Positions 26,167-40,345 of a DNA stretch of 64,000 nt are shown here, piece after piece. The first letter of the stretch is position 1; every line of letters begins with the position of its first letter. The notes under the pieces are model-generated. The model searched no databases, was not told the origin of the DNA, and worked only from the letters and a program-made list of their open reading frames with translations. The DNA comes from Octopus bimaculoides (taxonomy: Eukaryota), in assembly GCF_001194135.2 (NCBI RefSeq), contig NC_068999.1, forward strand, positions 25,330,395-25,394,394, given 5' to 3'. Both the position numbers and the translations under genes were made by a program.

Positions 26167-27429
26167 CCCGATGAGGTCGGATACGTCCTAAAGGACCGGT
26201 TGGTAGGATTAAATAATCTTTACTCTTACTCTTTGATATAGATACTACATTTACTATACGAAATCAGAATCATTTTTCAATGACAGACATTTATTTAGAT
26301 AAATTCGCTAGTTATCGTAAGAGGCCGCACATACAGTCATCGTCCACATATATGTTCATTAAGTTCCGTTACTTAAAACATACGACCATTTCAAGGCTCA
26401 GTAGATCACTTGATTATTTATTCATCAGCATTTACAGTCTAATTTAGATCCACTCAACGTGACTGTCTTGATAATCAAACCTGAAAAACTTTAACGAATC
26501 ACTAAACATTTAAATTCGAAGATATCGCTAGTGATGATGACAAGGAGGAAAGGAATTTTTTTGAAATTTTATTCTTTCAGTCTCCCTAATTTGGGGCACA
26601 AGGCTAGCAACTAGTACTTATTTTATCGGCGGCATTTGAATTCAGAACGTAAAACCAAAAGGAAATATTGCTAAGCATTTTGTCCGGCTTGCTAACAAAC
26701 TAGTTACGTGAAACTGCAATGTTGTGATATATTAAAAAGTAGGGGTCTACGCCTGGTATTAACAAGCTCTTTATGATCAGTAAAATATATGTTCATATCT
26801 TCCATAATCATAGTTATTACAGTTGTCAGTAATTTAGTGTTAGCAGAAGACATTTATTTCTGTTGATTATTTACGCATTACAAAATCTGTTGCAACTGAG
26901 GTCAAAATTCTTAGTACATTTCTTTTCAAATTGAGATTATATTCTTTAAAACTTAAAGAGACTACTCATTTGATATTAATTTTTAACAAAGCTTCTTTAC
27001 AGAAAAAAAAATTAACACTTGAAAAATTAGAGATCGTTTTCATGTATATGCTCTAAATATGCAGTTGTCGGAATTTCATTTTAATTTACATCATTCGAAT
27101 GTTGATATCAATAAAGAACTGGTTATCGAGATAACGTTTTTCGAAGTTGATGATTAGGTGGAGGGTTGTAGTGGTAGTAGTAGTAGTAGTAGTAGTGCGG
27201 AGGAGGGAGTGTGTTACGGATTGCCAGGACAACGACATTTATGATAAAATATCTAGATTCTGTATTTTTCACATTAAATGAAGTGAAAATATGTGAGAAA
27301 GCTGTGCAGATTAGTCATCTAAAAAGACAGACAAGAAAAGAAAAAGAAAACAGAAGGGCTCATTGCAAGTGTGAACAGACACTATTTTGGTTCTAGAATT
27401 TACGAAGCTGTCTTTAACCATCGCTACTA

Positions 27430-27569
27430 TTCGCCGCCTGCCACTGTTGGTATAATGAGGAGGAGGTTTAACTATAAGGTAGGGTCAGCGCCCACCCACG
27501 CCCATTGGCAAGCAGACTGCTTCTCTTGAAGAATGCAGAGCCAGCTGGATTTCATCTAAATAGGTAACA
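27430..27569 (+). promoter_or_regulatory. Possible promoter or first exon at the CpG-domain boundary
   Basis: CCACGCCC (27496-27503), ATTGG (reverse CCAAT, about 27505-27509), local GC/CpG enrichment and donor TAG|GTAACA at 27564. Confidence 0.3.
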
Positions 27570-29369
27570 AAAATCTAGTTCAAATATAGGGGTGGAGGAG
27601 AATATCTCTTGTGGTTAAAAAGGATAGAAGTTGTCTGTCATTTCAGGAAATAGAAGCTGACTTTAATAAATATAAAAAAAGAGTCTGTACATACGAGAAG
27701 TTTGTGAAGAGGTGTGGGTAATAGGGACAGTAATAAAGAAATGGTTAGAATCAAAATACATAGAATAAGGTGGAGGGAAAGGAAGGATGATAACATTGAG
27801 GGAAAATATAAGAAAATATAGAAATAAAATTAATATTTTAAAAAGATAAGACATTTCTATGTCAAGAGATGTAGTAAGAGTGGAAGTAATGAAAACCCGA
27901 GACAGAAGAAGGCCAAATTTTAAGAAAGAGGGTGAAATAAAGCAAAATGGAATAAATAAGAGTTTTGTTTTTGTTATATTCCTTTAAACTGGAAACAAGT
28001 AAGAATTACATAGTGAGGTAAAAATAGAATTGATACTATTGCCATATAAAGTAAAAATAACTGAAATTGTCTACTCGATTCAGTGATTGTTCCAAGCTGC
28101 CCTCAGTGAAAACAAAAACAGAAAAAGCTAAAAAAATCTCTTGTTAAATTTATTTGCATTTTATCTTGAAGTTCTGTAACAAAAGTCTCTGATTAATATA
28201 CAAACACATTTGCATTAGCCATTAGTACGAATAAAGTACGAGTCAGTTTCAATTCCCAGTTATAACCATTTCACTTTAGTTACATCGCTAATGTTCCCAG
28301 AAAAGAACTCCTCAACTTTCAGATTTATGCGTTAAACAATTAATTATTTTATGGTTGTATCAATTAATTTCCCGTTTATTTCAGTCCTTTGTTTCAAACA
28401 ATGCTTTATTTGTGTGTTTGACTGCATCATGATAATTTCTGAATAGTCTCTTTATAATGTTCTCTGTCGTTAAAAGTGAAAAATTTATTCTCTCTGTAAA
28501 CGAGGCAATTATTCTTGATTATAGTTGATTATGTTAGAACTTACTTTGCTGCTGCCAAGAAGAATGACATACCAACTTCAAACCCCCATAGGGTATTTCA
28601 ACTTAAAACCGCCAAAATTTCAACTGAATACTTTAAAATATTTAGATCCACTCAGTTCTTGGCCATTCCTACTACTCTCTCATCTCATGATATTGATTTC
28701 TTACACAACTAATTGATGAAGAGGAAGGTTATAATAATCTGAAGCAAGCAGTATATATTGCTAGTACTTGTTTTATCAACAAAGTGAGCAAAGGAGTTGA
28801 AACTCAGAATGCAAAGTTACCAGACTGCTAGTATAGTATTTATCCAAGAATCAATTGTTTGAGCCAAATTGTAACCTCTCATATCAGAATACACCTTTTA
28901 CTAGCACCTAAAATAGCTTTATTGCTAAACTTAAATTCTAGTATACCAAATCAATAAGAGAGCTTATGCATAGTAAATCCATATACTGAATAGCATAAAC
29001 TAATTTCTCGGTTCCATTTGCTTCCTTTGAACTCAGGTCAGCACCTTTAAACATTTGAATTGTCAGCTATTTATCCAAACCTGTGCAATGCAGCCCTGGT
29101 CAAATGTGAAATGCCAGCTCCATTTTAAACCATCTATTATTTCAGTGATCAGTGCTTATCCATGTAATGTATGCATACATTGTGTGTGTGTGTGTAGTGT
29201 TTGTAATGTATTTTCAAATAACAAAAGACAAAAAAAGAACTGTTACAACATCTAAATAGGGTTATTCTTTACCAAAGTATTTTTTATTTGCCTTTCATAA
29301 GCCTATGATAACAGGTCCACCAGCTTCTCCACATATCTCAACAATGATTTTATCTTCTAATTAATATTT

Positions 29370-29583
29370 TAATTGTTTTGGCACCTGTGCCAGTGACACA
29401 TAAAAGGTATCCATGCTGGTGACACATGAAAGACACCCAGTACATTCTGTAGAATGATTGGCATTAGGAATGGCATCCAGTCATAGAAACCAAGCCAAAA
29501 CAGACTGGAACCTAGGGCAACTTACCAGCTCCAGTCTAACCCATGCCAGCATGGAAAGCAGTCATTAAATGATAATGATGATG
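29370..29583 (+). mobile_element. RTE-related 3' end, CpG-decayed
   Basis: GGCATTAGGAATGGCATCCAG...CCCATGCCAGCATGGAAAG...AAATGATAATGATGATG. Confidence 0.75.
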
Positions 29584-29861
29584 TTATTCTTTAACATCAG
29601 GCTAGCTATGATTTAGTAGAAGTATGATCAAAGACGTTCTATCCATGACCATACATCTTTTTTTGTGTGTTCAGGTTACATTGTTCAATGTGTCATTTAG
29701 TTTTAAGATGATTGGGTGTGATGTGAAGAAGACTTAGCTGCTTTTTCTAGCAAATCAAGTGACCACATCGAAGCACTCATATTTAGCTGATATTGAAACA
29801 CTGAAGAGGATAAAAGAAAAAAAATCTGACAAAATATTAATATCTAGTTTAATACTGGCGA

Positions 29862-30899
29862 CAAAGGGACTCTCACTCAGAGTAAAAGGCAGACTGTATG
29901 ACGCATGCGTACGAACAACCATGCTACATGGCAGTGAAACATGGGCTGTAACTGCTGAGGACATACGTAAGCTCGCAAGGAATGAAGCCAGTATGCTCCG
30001 TTGGATGTGTAATGTCAATGTGAATACCCGTCAGAGTGTAAGTATCTTGAGAGAAAAGCTGAACATTAGAAGCATCAGTTGTGGCGTGCAAGAGAGACGA
30101 TTGCGCTGGTATGGACATGTGGTGAGAATGGAGGAGGATAGCTGCGTGAAAAAGTGCCACACCCTAACAGTTGAGGGAACCCGTGGAAGAGGTAGGCCCA
30201 NNNNNNNNNNNNNNNNNNNNNNNNNNNNNNNNNNNNNNNNNNNNNNNNNNNNNNNNNNNNNNNNNNNNNNNNNNNNNNNNNNNNNNNNNNNNNNNNNNNN
30301 NNNNNNNNNNNNNNNNNNNNNNNNNNNNNNNNNNNNNNNNNNNNNNNNNNNNNNNNNNNNNNNNNNNNNNNNNNNNNNNNNNNNNNNNNNNNNNNNNNNN
30401 NNNNNNNNNNNNNNNNNNNNNNNNNNNNNNNNNNNNNNNNNNNNNNNNNNNNNNNNNNNNNNNNNNNNNNNNNNNNNNNNNNNNNNNNNNNNNNNNNNNN
30501 NNNNNNNNNNNNNNNNNNNNNNNNNNNNNNNNNNNNNNNNNNNNNNNNNNNNNNNNNNNNNNNNNNNNNNNNNNNNNNNNNNNNNNNNNNNNNNNNNNNN
30601 NNNNNNNNNNNNNNNNNNNNNNNNNNNNNNNNNNNNNNNNNNNNNNNNNNNNNGTGCGGGTGGCACATAAAAGACACCATTTCGAGCGTGGCCGTTTTCG
30701 TGCGGGTGACACGTAAAAGCACCCACTACACTCTCTGAGTGGTTGGCGTTAGGAAGGGCATCCAGCTGTAGAAACTCTGCCAAATCAGACTGGAGCCTGG
30801 TGTTGCCATCCGGTTTCACCAGTCCTCAGTCAAATCGTCCAACCCATGCTAGCATGGAAAGCGGACGTTAAACGATGATGATGATGATGATGATGATGA
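29862..30899 (+). mobile_element. 5'-truncated RTE-clade LINE (ORF C-terminus, 3' UTR and (GAT)n tail), gap inside
   Basis: KGLSLRVKGRLYDACVRTTMLHGSETW...RRLRWYGHVVRM...VEGTRGRGRP; CpG intact, so probably young. Confidence 0.92.
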
Positions 30900-32857
30900 A
30901 TACATTACTGAATTTAAGTGCTACCAGGTTCTGTTAGATCCATAAAAAACAGTCAGTAATGTGTGGGTGTCCTGTCACTCAGAAAAGATGGATCTGAGAA
31001 AGTGTAACAGTGGCAGGCCAATTAATACATCAGTCCTACTTAAGTAGTGTAGTGTTAATTTTAATTGACACTGAGTTTAGACACTGTTTTTAAATACAAA
31101 CTTGAGACTGCATTCTTCACTAAACACTGGTACTAATTTGTCCATATGCACATTTTAGTATCTTTAAAAAATGCCCTTTCTCTTCTTTCTCCTTTGACTA
31201 GAATGATTTCTGATCTTTACAACTTCCAGACAGTATATCACCACCACCACTACAACCTACATTATCTTACTGCTTCTGCAGTATCTTCAGATTTGCTATT
31301 ACTACTAAGCGTCACACTCACTCCCTATCCATGTTTTCTCAATAATTTCAACTTGCAGGAATTAAAACTTAGCATAATTATGTTCGTTATGAAAATGATT
31401 AGAAAAATTACGGACACTAATGACAGGTAGGACATCTCACACCAATTTAAATAGGAAGAGAAATTTCTTAACTGTTTCATTGCTGTACAAGAAAACAACG
31501 AGCCTCTATGTGGTCGCTCAACCTGTGAGAAATAGTCACCAGTTCTTCCTCTAACTGCAGACTACCGTCTTAAACATATCACTCAGGGTTATCAACAAAA
31601 ACTTTAAAAAGAAAATAAATAATAACTGTGTAAAACAAAAAGCAAAAATAGTGTCGTCATGCTATTCTTATATAACCATGTTGTTGGACCTATGCATAAA
31701 TTATGATAAAATTAAATGAAATATTAAATAATATAAATTATTAATATGGTTCTCCCACTTTATATCATGTTCTATTTTTATAATAAATTGTGTTGAAAGC
31801 GTGGGGCCAAAATGCCTACAGCGGGAATATAATATCATTCATTCTATTGCCCAGGAAAAATAAAGACACAGATGTGAAAGAAATTGGAGATGATATTAAG
31901 AGCAACACATTTCTATATTTTGCTGACATAATGAGAAAATCATTTTTCTCTTCAGGAAGACACGTGACGCCTACTCAAAAGGAGACACGTGACATCTACT
32001 CACACTATCCTAAATTCTAGCAAGTAGATTAAATACTGATGGTAATACATTGGGAATTACAACTGTGTTTGTTTACTGACTTGTTTTAGGCGGATTTGCT
32101 TGGTCACCCCTCATCACGATGTTATGTATTAGATCAGTTTTAATTTCAGTGTTTTGAGGATTTTTTTTTTATGCATAAAAAAAAAGATATTGAAACTTTT
32201 TCATTGTCATGTTTGAGATTCAGAAACCATGCTTAATACTGTTATGAACATGTAAGTAACTCTTTTCTGGTCTTACAATCATGAAGAGTTGAAGTCTACA
32301 TTGCAAACTAATGAATCAGTGATGTACTACCAAAAGTATCTACTAATAGCTTAGTGGTAGATTGCACTGTTAAAAGCTGGCCTTTAAGGTCCTTAACACA
32401 GTGCAACATCAGTGTTTGGCTAAAACCCATTAGTCCTCTACTTTTCATCTGGTTTCTAATCAGTTCATCCATTTGTTGCTCTTTGATTTCTCTTTAGCAA
32501 TGGTTACTTAAACAATTATCATAAACTATAAGTACAGAACCAATACACTATGGGTTATCAATAAATTCTCAAGTGATGAATGTACAAGTAGTTTCATTAG
32601 GAAAGTAAACCATGTGATTAAACCACAGGTTTTCAGCAGCTCGGAATGGATACAAAACTCACAACTTTCATTGTTCATTAAAGACTCATCAACAATCAAC
32701 TACCCTAGTCTTCCAAACTACCAGAATGGTATAGTGTAGAACTACTTATAAAGTAATCTCTGATGAGTTTTTAAACAAGGATGAAACAAATTGTTTTGCC
32801 CCTCATTCCAAGATATTGGCAGCCTTGTTGTTTAACCAATGAAGCATCCTTCTGCAG

Positions 32858-33186
32858 TAGGGGTTCTCAACCATTTTTTTATCTATGGACCCCTTTGATT
32901 ACTATTTTATTCTGATGGACCCCCATAGCCATTCATTGTTTAAAAACTAGTGTTACAGAAACTTCTGTCAAAATTCCTATTTTGTTTTTCACACATTAAC
33001 TTGTGTTGGTTGAATTATGTAAAATGTTAGAGAAAGAAACCTAGATGTTTCTTGCAATACATACCAATACATACACCTAAAGCAAACTTTTTCAGGGGCC
33101 CTTAAAATACTCTCATGGATTCCCAATTTAGTATTTTGTTGCATGGTCCCCCAAAATCTTATATGGACTCTGGTTGAGAACTACTG
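32858..33186. mobile_element. hAT MITE
   Basis: TIR TAGGGGTTCTCAACC / GGTTGAGAACTACTG; 8-bp TSD TTCTGCAG / TTCTACAG. Confidence 0.88.
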
Positions 33187-33761
33187 TTCTACAGTGACAC
33201 AACATATGACTGACTGAACTTATAAATGTAACTCCATTATCATATTTATCATAAGGTAGATTTAGCTTATTGCTTTCACATTTATACTGTTCCAACTATG
33301 TCGCATTTTACCTTTCCCATCTCAATAACTCACCCAGTTGACCATGCACATGCTTCTGACCTCTTAAACTGACTGATTTAATTTTTCTGGCTTTTCAAAG
33401 GAAAATCTTGCTAAAAATGCAAATTTGCCTTGTGCTCAATGCATTTTAACTATATGAGAATAAATTTTCTGCCAATCATTAAGATAACTGTTCAAGCAAT
33501 CATGACGTTGATACTTCAACTTCCATAATAGCACATTTTAACTTCACTACTTGTCATATAACACTTATATAACACTATATTTTTCATATATAAGATTTAT
33601 TGTAACCAAGATACCTATAATTTGTACCATCTGTTTCCTAATAAGATTATATATCAAAGAAATACCCAGAAATTATAAATTAAATACTTATTAATTGATA
33701 TAAAATGTAACTATACACATAAACAAACACACACATCTATACACATACACGCACACATACG

Positions 33762-33842
<81 letters not shown>

Positions 33843-33860
33843 GTATGTGCATACATATAT
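33762..33860. repeat. (TA)n microsatellite
   Basis: Direct. Confidence 0.95.
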
Positions 33861-34904
33861 ATTCTTTTTTTCATCAATAGCAAACAATTTGTATATTACG
33901 CCAGTCATTTTTCTTTTCTCCCTCCCCTCAACTCTATAATTGAAACATCTGTTTAGATAAAACTCACATTTCACCTGTATTTCTTCACTAAATTCTATCT
34001 TCTTGAGGAAATTTCCCCTGAGCATTGACAGTATAGCTTCTAATTTCCCTCTTAAACTAGGTAAACAGAAACATAAATATTTACAGAAAGCTGCATTTTC
34101 TTACATCAATTCAAGTAAGTGTTCAACATTATGTGCGGGTTTTTATGATTTGACAGCAGATAGCTTCATCATTTATAATAAATATTTATAAAACCATACG
34201 AACTTGTTAATTTAAGCAAAACCTACATAGTTTATTATAAATATACTTTAGTAGAAAGGGGTTGTCTTCCTCTGCTTTTATTACCAGATTAAGCATTTAA
34301 AAATGATTATTCTTACCACTAATGGAGTAATTTTAGTTAATTATAATTTCTTACCTTATTAGGTAAAAAAAATACTAGTGCCAACCTTACTGTTAAGTTT
34401 CTAGGCAGCAGGCGCGTGTGAGCATTTTTCTTCATCATTCTTTTAAATTAAGACACCTCTCTAACCTTATTCATAAAAATACTACCCTAGTCATTCTGGT
34501 GTCTATTAAGATCGAAATATCAGAAATTGAAACTACATTACTAAAGATCAGACTTACACCCCTTTCATATTTAATTCATTTGAATTTAATTTTCTGAGTT
34601 GTCTACCCTGCAATTTTTTTTTTTTTCTTTAAATTGACGATACAGTCAAAAATGGATCCTTTTGTTCTTCGTGCATCACAAGATTGGGATGTAACACCAG
34701 TTTCTATTGTGTTAACAGATGAAGCAACACATTTCTTCATCAATAATATTGCTGACATTTTCCTCCCTGTCCTTGGAACCTTTTGTTTAACCTCTAGTCA
34801 GAGCTATGGTCAAAGATATTTCAAGCCATGATCATTCCATCTTTTACTTTGACTTATAATATTTAGGACTGTTCTCGGTAGAACCTAGAAAGTCGAGTAT
34901 TTTT

Positions 34905-35080
34905 AGGCACAAGCGGCTGTGTGGTAAGAAACTTGCTTCCTAACCACATGGCTCCAGATTCAGTCCCACTGTGTGGCACCTTGGGCAAGTGTCTTCTACC
35001 ATAGTCTCATGCTTTGTGAGTGGAATTGGTAGATGGAAACTGAATGCAGCCCATCGTATATATGTGTGTGTGTGTGTCTT
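34905..35080 (+). mobile_element. tRNA-derived SINE (5' half with internal microsatellite)
   Basis: GGCTGTGTGGTAAGAAACTTGCTTCCTAACCACATGG...CCTTGGGCAAGTGTCTTCTAC; degenerate relatives near 452-560 and 9120-9256. Confidence 0.8.
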
Positions 35081-37374
35081 TGTCCTCCACAACTCAGAAA
35101 ATATCGATCAAACTGAATCATCAATCTTTCAATTTACAAACATTTAATGATGACCATCACAGTGAAACAAACTGAAAGAAAGTACCACAAATTCAAATAA
35201 TAGAAAACCGTTATTGTAAATAATTGGCGATATAATGAAACGATGTGAGAAACTGATTCCTGTAAAAGTCAACTGATTCATTTAATTTTACATTTCATTT
35301 TATCTTTCATTAAAAATGTATTAACTGAAATATATTCTCTAATAATGTTTAATACATCATATAATAATGATTAATACATTTGAGACACCAGGTAAACTCA
35401 TGTAACATAAGTTAAGAGATTATCTGAAGTTCTATGTATGGGCCAATATTTACTTTTTATGGGATTCCACCTCCAGTTGTACTGTTACATCCCTGGGATT
35501 TACAAAACGAATGTGGTGGTTTCACAAAAATGTAAATCAATTTCTGTTTATTGACAATTTTTAATCATTACTGATTATTAATGATTTGCTTTTGCACTTG
35601 ATTTTAGTTTGTTTCACTTAGTTCACTGCCAATATATGTTCAATCATACCAATCATAGAAAACACCCAAAGTGTCTCATAGGATCAACCCTATGTTAGCA
35701 AGCAAAGACTTTAAGCAAATGGTCACCACAAACATATATAATTACATATTCATATTAGGAACAAGAACCTAAGTTTACTATTTAACTGACAGAGTAGATG
35801 GTGCTTAATAAATTAAACATGTATAATGAGTAAGATACAAATTAGAAGATTGATAAACTATAACATTTGTCTATGTTTAAAATGGCTTGTCAGCATTACA
35901 TCAACATTCTTTAACTATAAAAATAAAGAAATGCTGAGATGAACAGTCATCATTTTTCAACATACAACTTGGGCAACATAGTACTGATTGAAGTCTACTA
36001 TCTGATAAACAACTAGGTAAAGTAATCTTTCTTCTGGATGGTGTCTGAGATAAAGGGTCACTGCTGACTATTGCGACTAACAGACTACCAAACTAATATG
36101 AGACAAATATAGGTCAGAATAGGTAGGAGTAAATGCTCAAAACGTTTTTAAATGGTATCTACAAAGATGAAGATAAGAAGAGCTGACAAAAATTTGTCGT
36201 TTTTTTTTTTTTCTTTCAAGATTTTCTGGTAGATAGCAAAGAAATAAATATAAATAGAAACAAAAGGCTTAAAAAGAACTTTGCTGGAATCTTATAGAAC
36301 ACACCATGAAGAGTGATAAACAAGTTGAAATTCTACATTTTAAAGTTATGAAAAGCATCAAAACAAAAGTAGATGATGAAAATATCAAGTTTTTCTTATT
36401 TTTTATTGTAATTAAAATAAAATCTAAAAAGAAAACGTATAATCAAAGTAAGAAAATGTTTTCATTTCCCACCTTTCACCACCAAGTATTAAGTATTTAA
36501 AAGCATCTGAGAAAATTATGATAAAAATTATGTTTGCCAGTTTCCGACAAATTTTCAGATAAGGGATTTTAACATATAACTACATTATGTTTAATTAATT
36601 AACATTCTTCATAAAAGAAAAACCAAGTAAAATTAATAACAAATATTGAATACAATGTTTCTTATTGTATGAAATGCATTTCTCTGCCATGTATCTGGTA
36701 TTTTATATCAACATTTCTCTCTATACTACTAATTAGCATGACTCAAACTTCATTGTTGCAAACATTAATGGTAACCCACTGTTATATGACATAACTTCAA
36801 AGCAACATATTTTTATGGAACAATAGATTTTGGGGATTTTTTTACTAAATTACCTATATTAATATTGCTTACACAGGCTACTATTTGTAAGGAATATACA
36901 AGGTAGGGCCTATCTCTTTATTGACTAGCTTACATCAATATTCATAGTATTGCTATAAGGGCTGTGGAGATGGTGGGAATAGTAGCACACTGGACAAAAT
37001 GTAATTTCACATTTTGTTCCATCCATTTTAATTAAAATTCTGCATGGTTCAATTTTATATTTCATTTATCTAAATCGATTAAATTAAGCACCAATAATAT
37101 ATACCCAAGGTAATTCAAAAATACTCTTCTACATACTAAGAAATTAACAATCTTTGAGATGCGGTGTTGGCTGGTACAACTGGCCATAGGTCTAAATAAT
37201 TTACAAAATTTAGTTTTATCACTGTTTGATCTCATATATGTATATATATGTATATATTTATATATATGTATAAGTCCTGGGGTTGATTTGCTTGACTAAA
37301 GGCAGTGCACCAACATGACAACAGTCAAATGACTGAAACAAATAAAAGAATAGAAGACTAGAATAATAATAATA

Positions 37375-37803
37375 TATATATATATATATATATACATATA
37401 TACACATATATATATACATACATATATACACATATATATATATATATACATACATATATACATATATACACATGTATATATACATATATACACACATATA
37501 TATACATACATATGTACATACATATATATAGATATATATATATACACACATATATATATATATGCATATATACATACATACATATATATATATGCATATA
37601 TACATACATATATATATGCATATATACATACATACAGATATATATGCATATATACATACATACAGATATATATGCATATATACATACATACAGATATATA
37701 TGCATATATACATACAGATATATATGCATATATACATACATACAGATATATATGCATATATACATACATACATACAGATATATATGCATATATACATACA
37801 TAC

Positions 37804-37842
<39 letters not shown>
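37375..37842. repeat. Compound TA/TACA microsatellite with a 24-28-bp higher-order unit
   Basis: CAGAT recurs at 37635, 37663, 37691 and 37715. Confidence 0.9.
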
Positions 37843-37844
<2 letters not shown>

Positions 37845-37934
37845 TTAAGATAAACTTACTTGGAAATGGATGTGTGGCATTCAATCAAATTATACTATGA
37901 ATAATATATATATAATATATACAAATATATACAT

Positions 37935-37971
<37 letters not shown>

Positions 37972-40345
37972 CACATGTATATATGTGTACAGGACGTCAC
38001 CAACAGTAATCAACATGAAATATGAAAACAAATGAGTTCAATACACAAACGAGAGAAATAAATGGAAAACAGGACAAATAACATAAAGAACGACCCTTCA
38101 TCAGTTATCGGCTGTCTATTTACTCCACATTTTGAGCAGTGAACAACAATATTAGTCTTCGAACTCATAAGTACCAAAATAAATTTAGGATTTATGGAGG
38201 GTCAAAGTGGGTGACAAAAACAGGACAGTGGAGACATACAAGGAAACCAAATGAAAACAATCGTGGAGGGTCATTAGAATGAAAGTAAAATAGTGAATGC
38301 TGGAGAAATATTGTCTTCGACAAGAGAAAAGATAGAAGAGATAGGATACGTCCAGTCCTTAGGAAATCCTAAAAGAAAATAAAGATGATCACGTGAAGAA
38401 AAGAAAGATGGACAATCGTCACGTGTGAGCAACAAGAGAGAGTAAAGGAGAAAGAGGGATAGATTGAGTGAGAGGGACAGAAAACGGTGAAGAGAGAAAA
38501 AAGGGAATTAGAGAAATGATGAAAGAGAAAACAATGGGGGAGAAAAACAGTATAGAGTAGAGTCGCATCAAAAAGATTAAGATAAACTTACTTGGAAATG
38601 GATGCGTGGCGTTCAATCAAATAATAATATAAATAATATATACATATGCATATATATATATATACACACACATATATATATATATATACATACACACACA
38701 CACACACACACATATATATACATACACACACATGTGTATATGGGTACATGATGTCACCAATAGTAAACAACAGGAAATAAAAAAACAAATGAGTTCAATA
38801 TTCAAACAACGAGAGAAACAAATGGAAAACAGGACAAGTAACACAAAGAACGACCTTTGTCCTGTCTTCCATTTGTTTCTCTCGTTTGAATAGTGAACTC
38901 ATTTGTTTTTGTATTTCATGTTGTTTACTGTTGGTGACGTCCTGTACCNNNNNNNNNNNNNNNNNNNNNNNNNNNNNNNNNNNNNNNNNNNNNNNNNNNN
39001 NNNNNNNNNNNNNNNNNNNNNNNNNNNNNNNNNNNNNNNNNNNNNNNNNNNNNNNNNNNNNNNNNNNNNNNNNNNNNNNNNNNNNNNNNNNNNNNNNNNN
39101 NNNNNNNNNNNNNNNNNNNNNNNNNNNNNNNATATATAGCTAGATTTATAAATCCTAAAATTGCAGAACAATTCGTTACTGGGCAGTTTAGCTTAAAGGT
39201 AAAACACTTGACACATAATCACAGGGATGTGAGTTCGAGTTTCATGACTGACCAGTATCGATTTTTTCTGCAATATATGGATAGTTTATCTTGATCATGC
39301 TATTGAATTAACATTATGCATTTGAGAATAAATTATTTCTGTATCTTTCAATACATCTCAATGCTTCTAAAGCAAACTTTATTCACTTTCATTGTAAGTT
39401 GAATTATATATATATATATATATATACACAATATATACACACACACACACACACACACATTTCACGATATATATATATAAAAATATATATATAAATATAT
39501 GCATATATGGGTACAGGATGTCACCAACTGCGTAAACAACATGAAATACATAGACAAACGAGTTAAATATATAAACGAGAGAAACAAATGGAAAACAGGA
39601 CAACGACAATATGAGTCTTCAAAGACAGTTGCTTCCATAAATTCTAAAATAAAATTTAGGATTTATGGAGGGAACAAAAACAGGACAGTGGAGACATGCA
39701 AGGAAACCAAACAGAAACAAACATAGAGGGTCGTTAGACCAGAACAAGAGGAAAATAATGAACACTGGGAGAAATATTTTCTTTGAAAAGAGAAAAGATA
39801 GAAGAGAGCTCCCGTCCCTCTTTCACTGTTCTCTATCTGTCTCTCTCTCTCCACTTCTCTCTCTCATTGCTCACACATGACCATTGTCCATCTTTCCTTT
39901 CCTCATGTGACCATCTTTCTTTTCCTGCACAGACATTCAAAGGAGTGGACGTCTTTTCTCTCTCTTCTATCTCTTCTTTTTTCAAAGAGAATATTTCTCC
40001 CAGTGTCCACTATTTTCCTCTCATTCAGGTCTAATGACACTCCATGTTTGTTTTCGTTTGGTTTCCTTGTATGTCTCCTGTTTTTATTCCCAACTCTGAC
40101 TGTGCATAAATCCTAAATCTTATTTTGGAATTTATGGGAGCAACTATCTATGAAGACTCATATTGTCAGTGAATGCTCGAAATGAGTAGTAGATAGACAA
40201 CCGACAACTGATGAAGGGTCGTTGCTTGGTGTTTACTTGTCCTGTTTTCCATTTTTTCTCTCATTATTTACGTATTTAACTCATTTGTCTACATATTTCA
40301 TGTTGTTTACACAGTCAGTGATGTCCTGTACCCATATATTCATAT
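37843..40345. mobile_element. Cluster of tandem and inverted copies of a 600-750-bp non-coding repeat (Penelope pLTR-like arrangement)
   Basis: Heads GTACAGGAYGTCACC (one variant) near 37986, 38738 and 39509 (+) and 38948, 40335 (-); tail AGATTAAGATAAACTTACTTGGAAATGG at 37843 and 38574. Confidence 0.7.

Noticed and set aside
28525-28740. Possible exons on either strand (VDYVRTYFAAAKKNDIPTSNPHR on +; DYYNLPLHQLVV* on -)
   Set aside because: Splice signals are compatible with both strands and no homology is recognised.
40140-40240. GCTCGAAA...CTGATGAAGGG in the repeat cluster as a hammerhead
   Set aside because: Could not build a consistent stem II/III or UH triplet in any topology.
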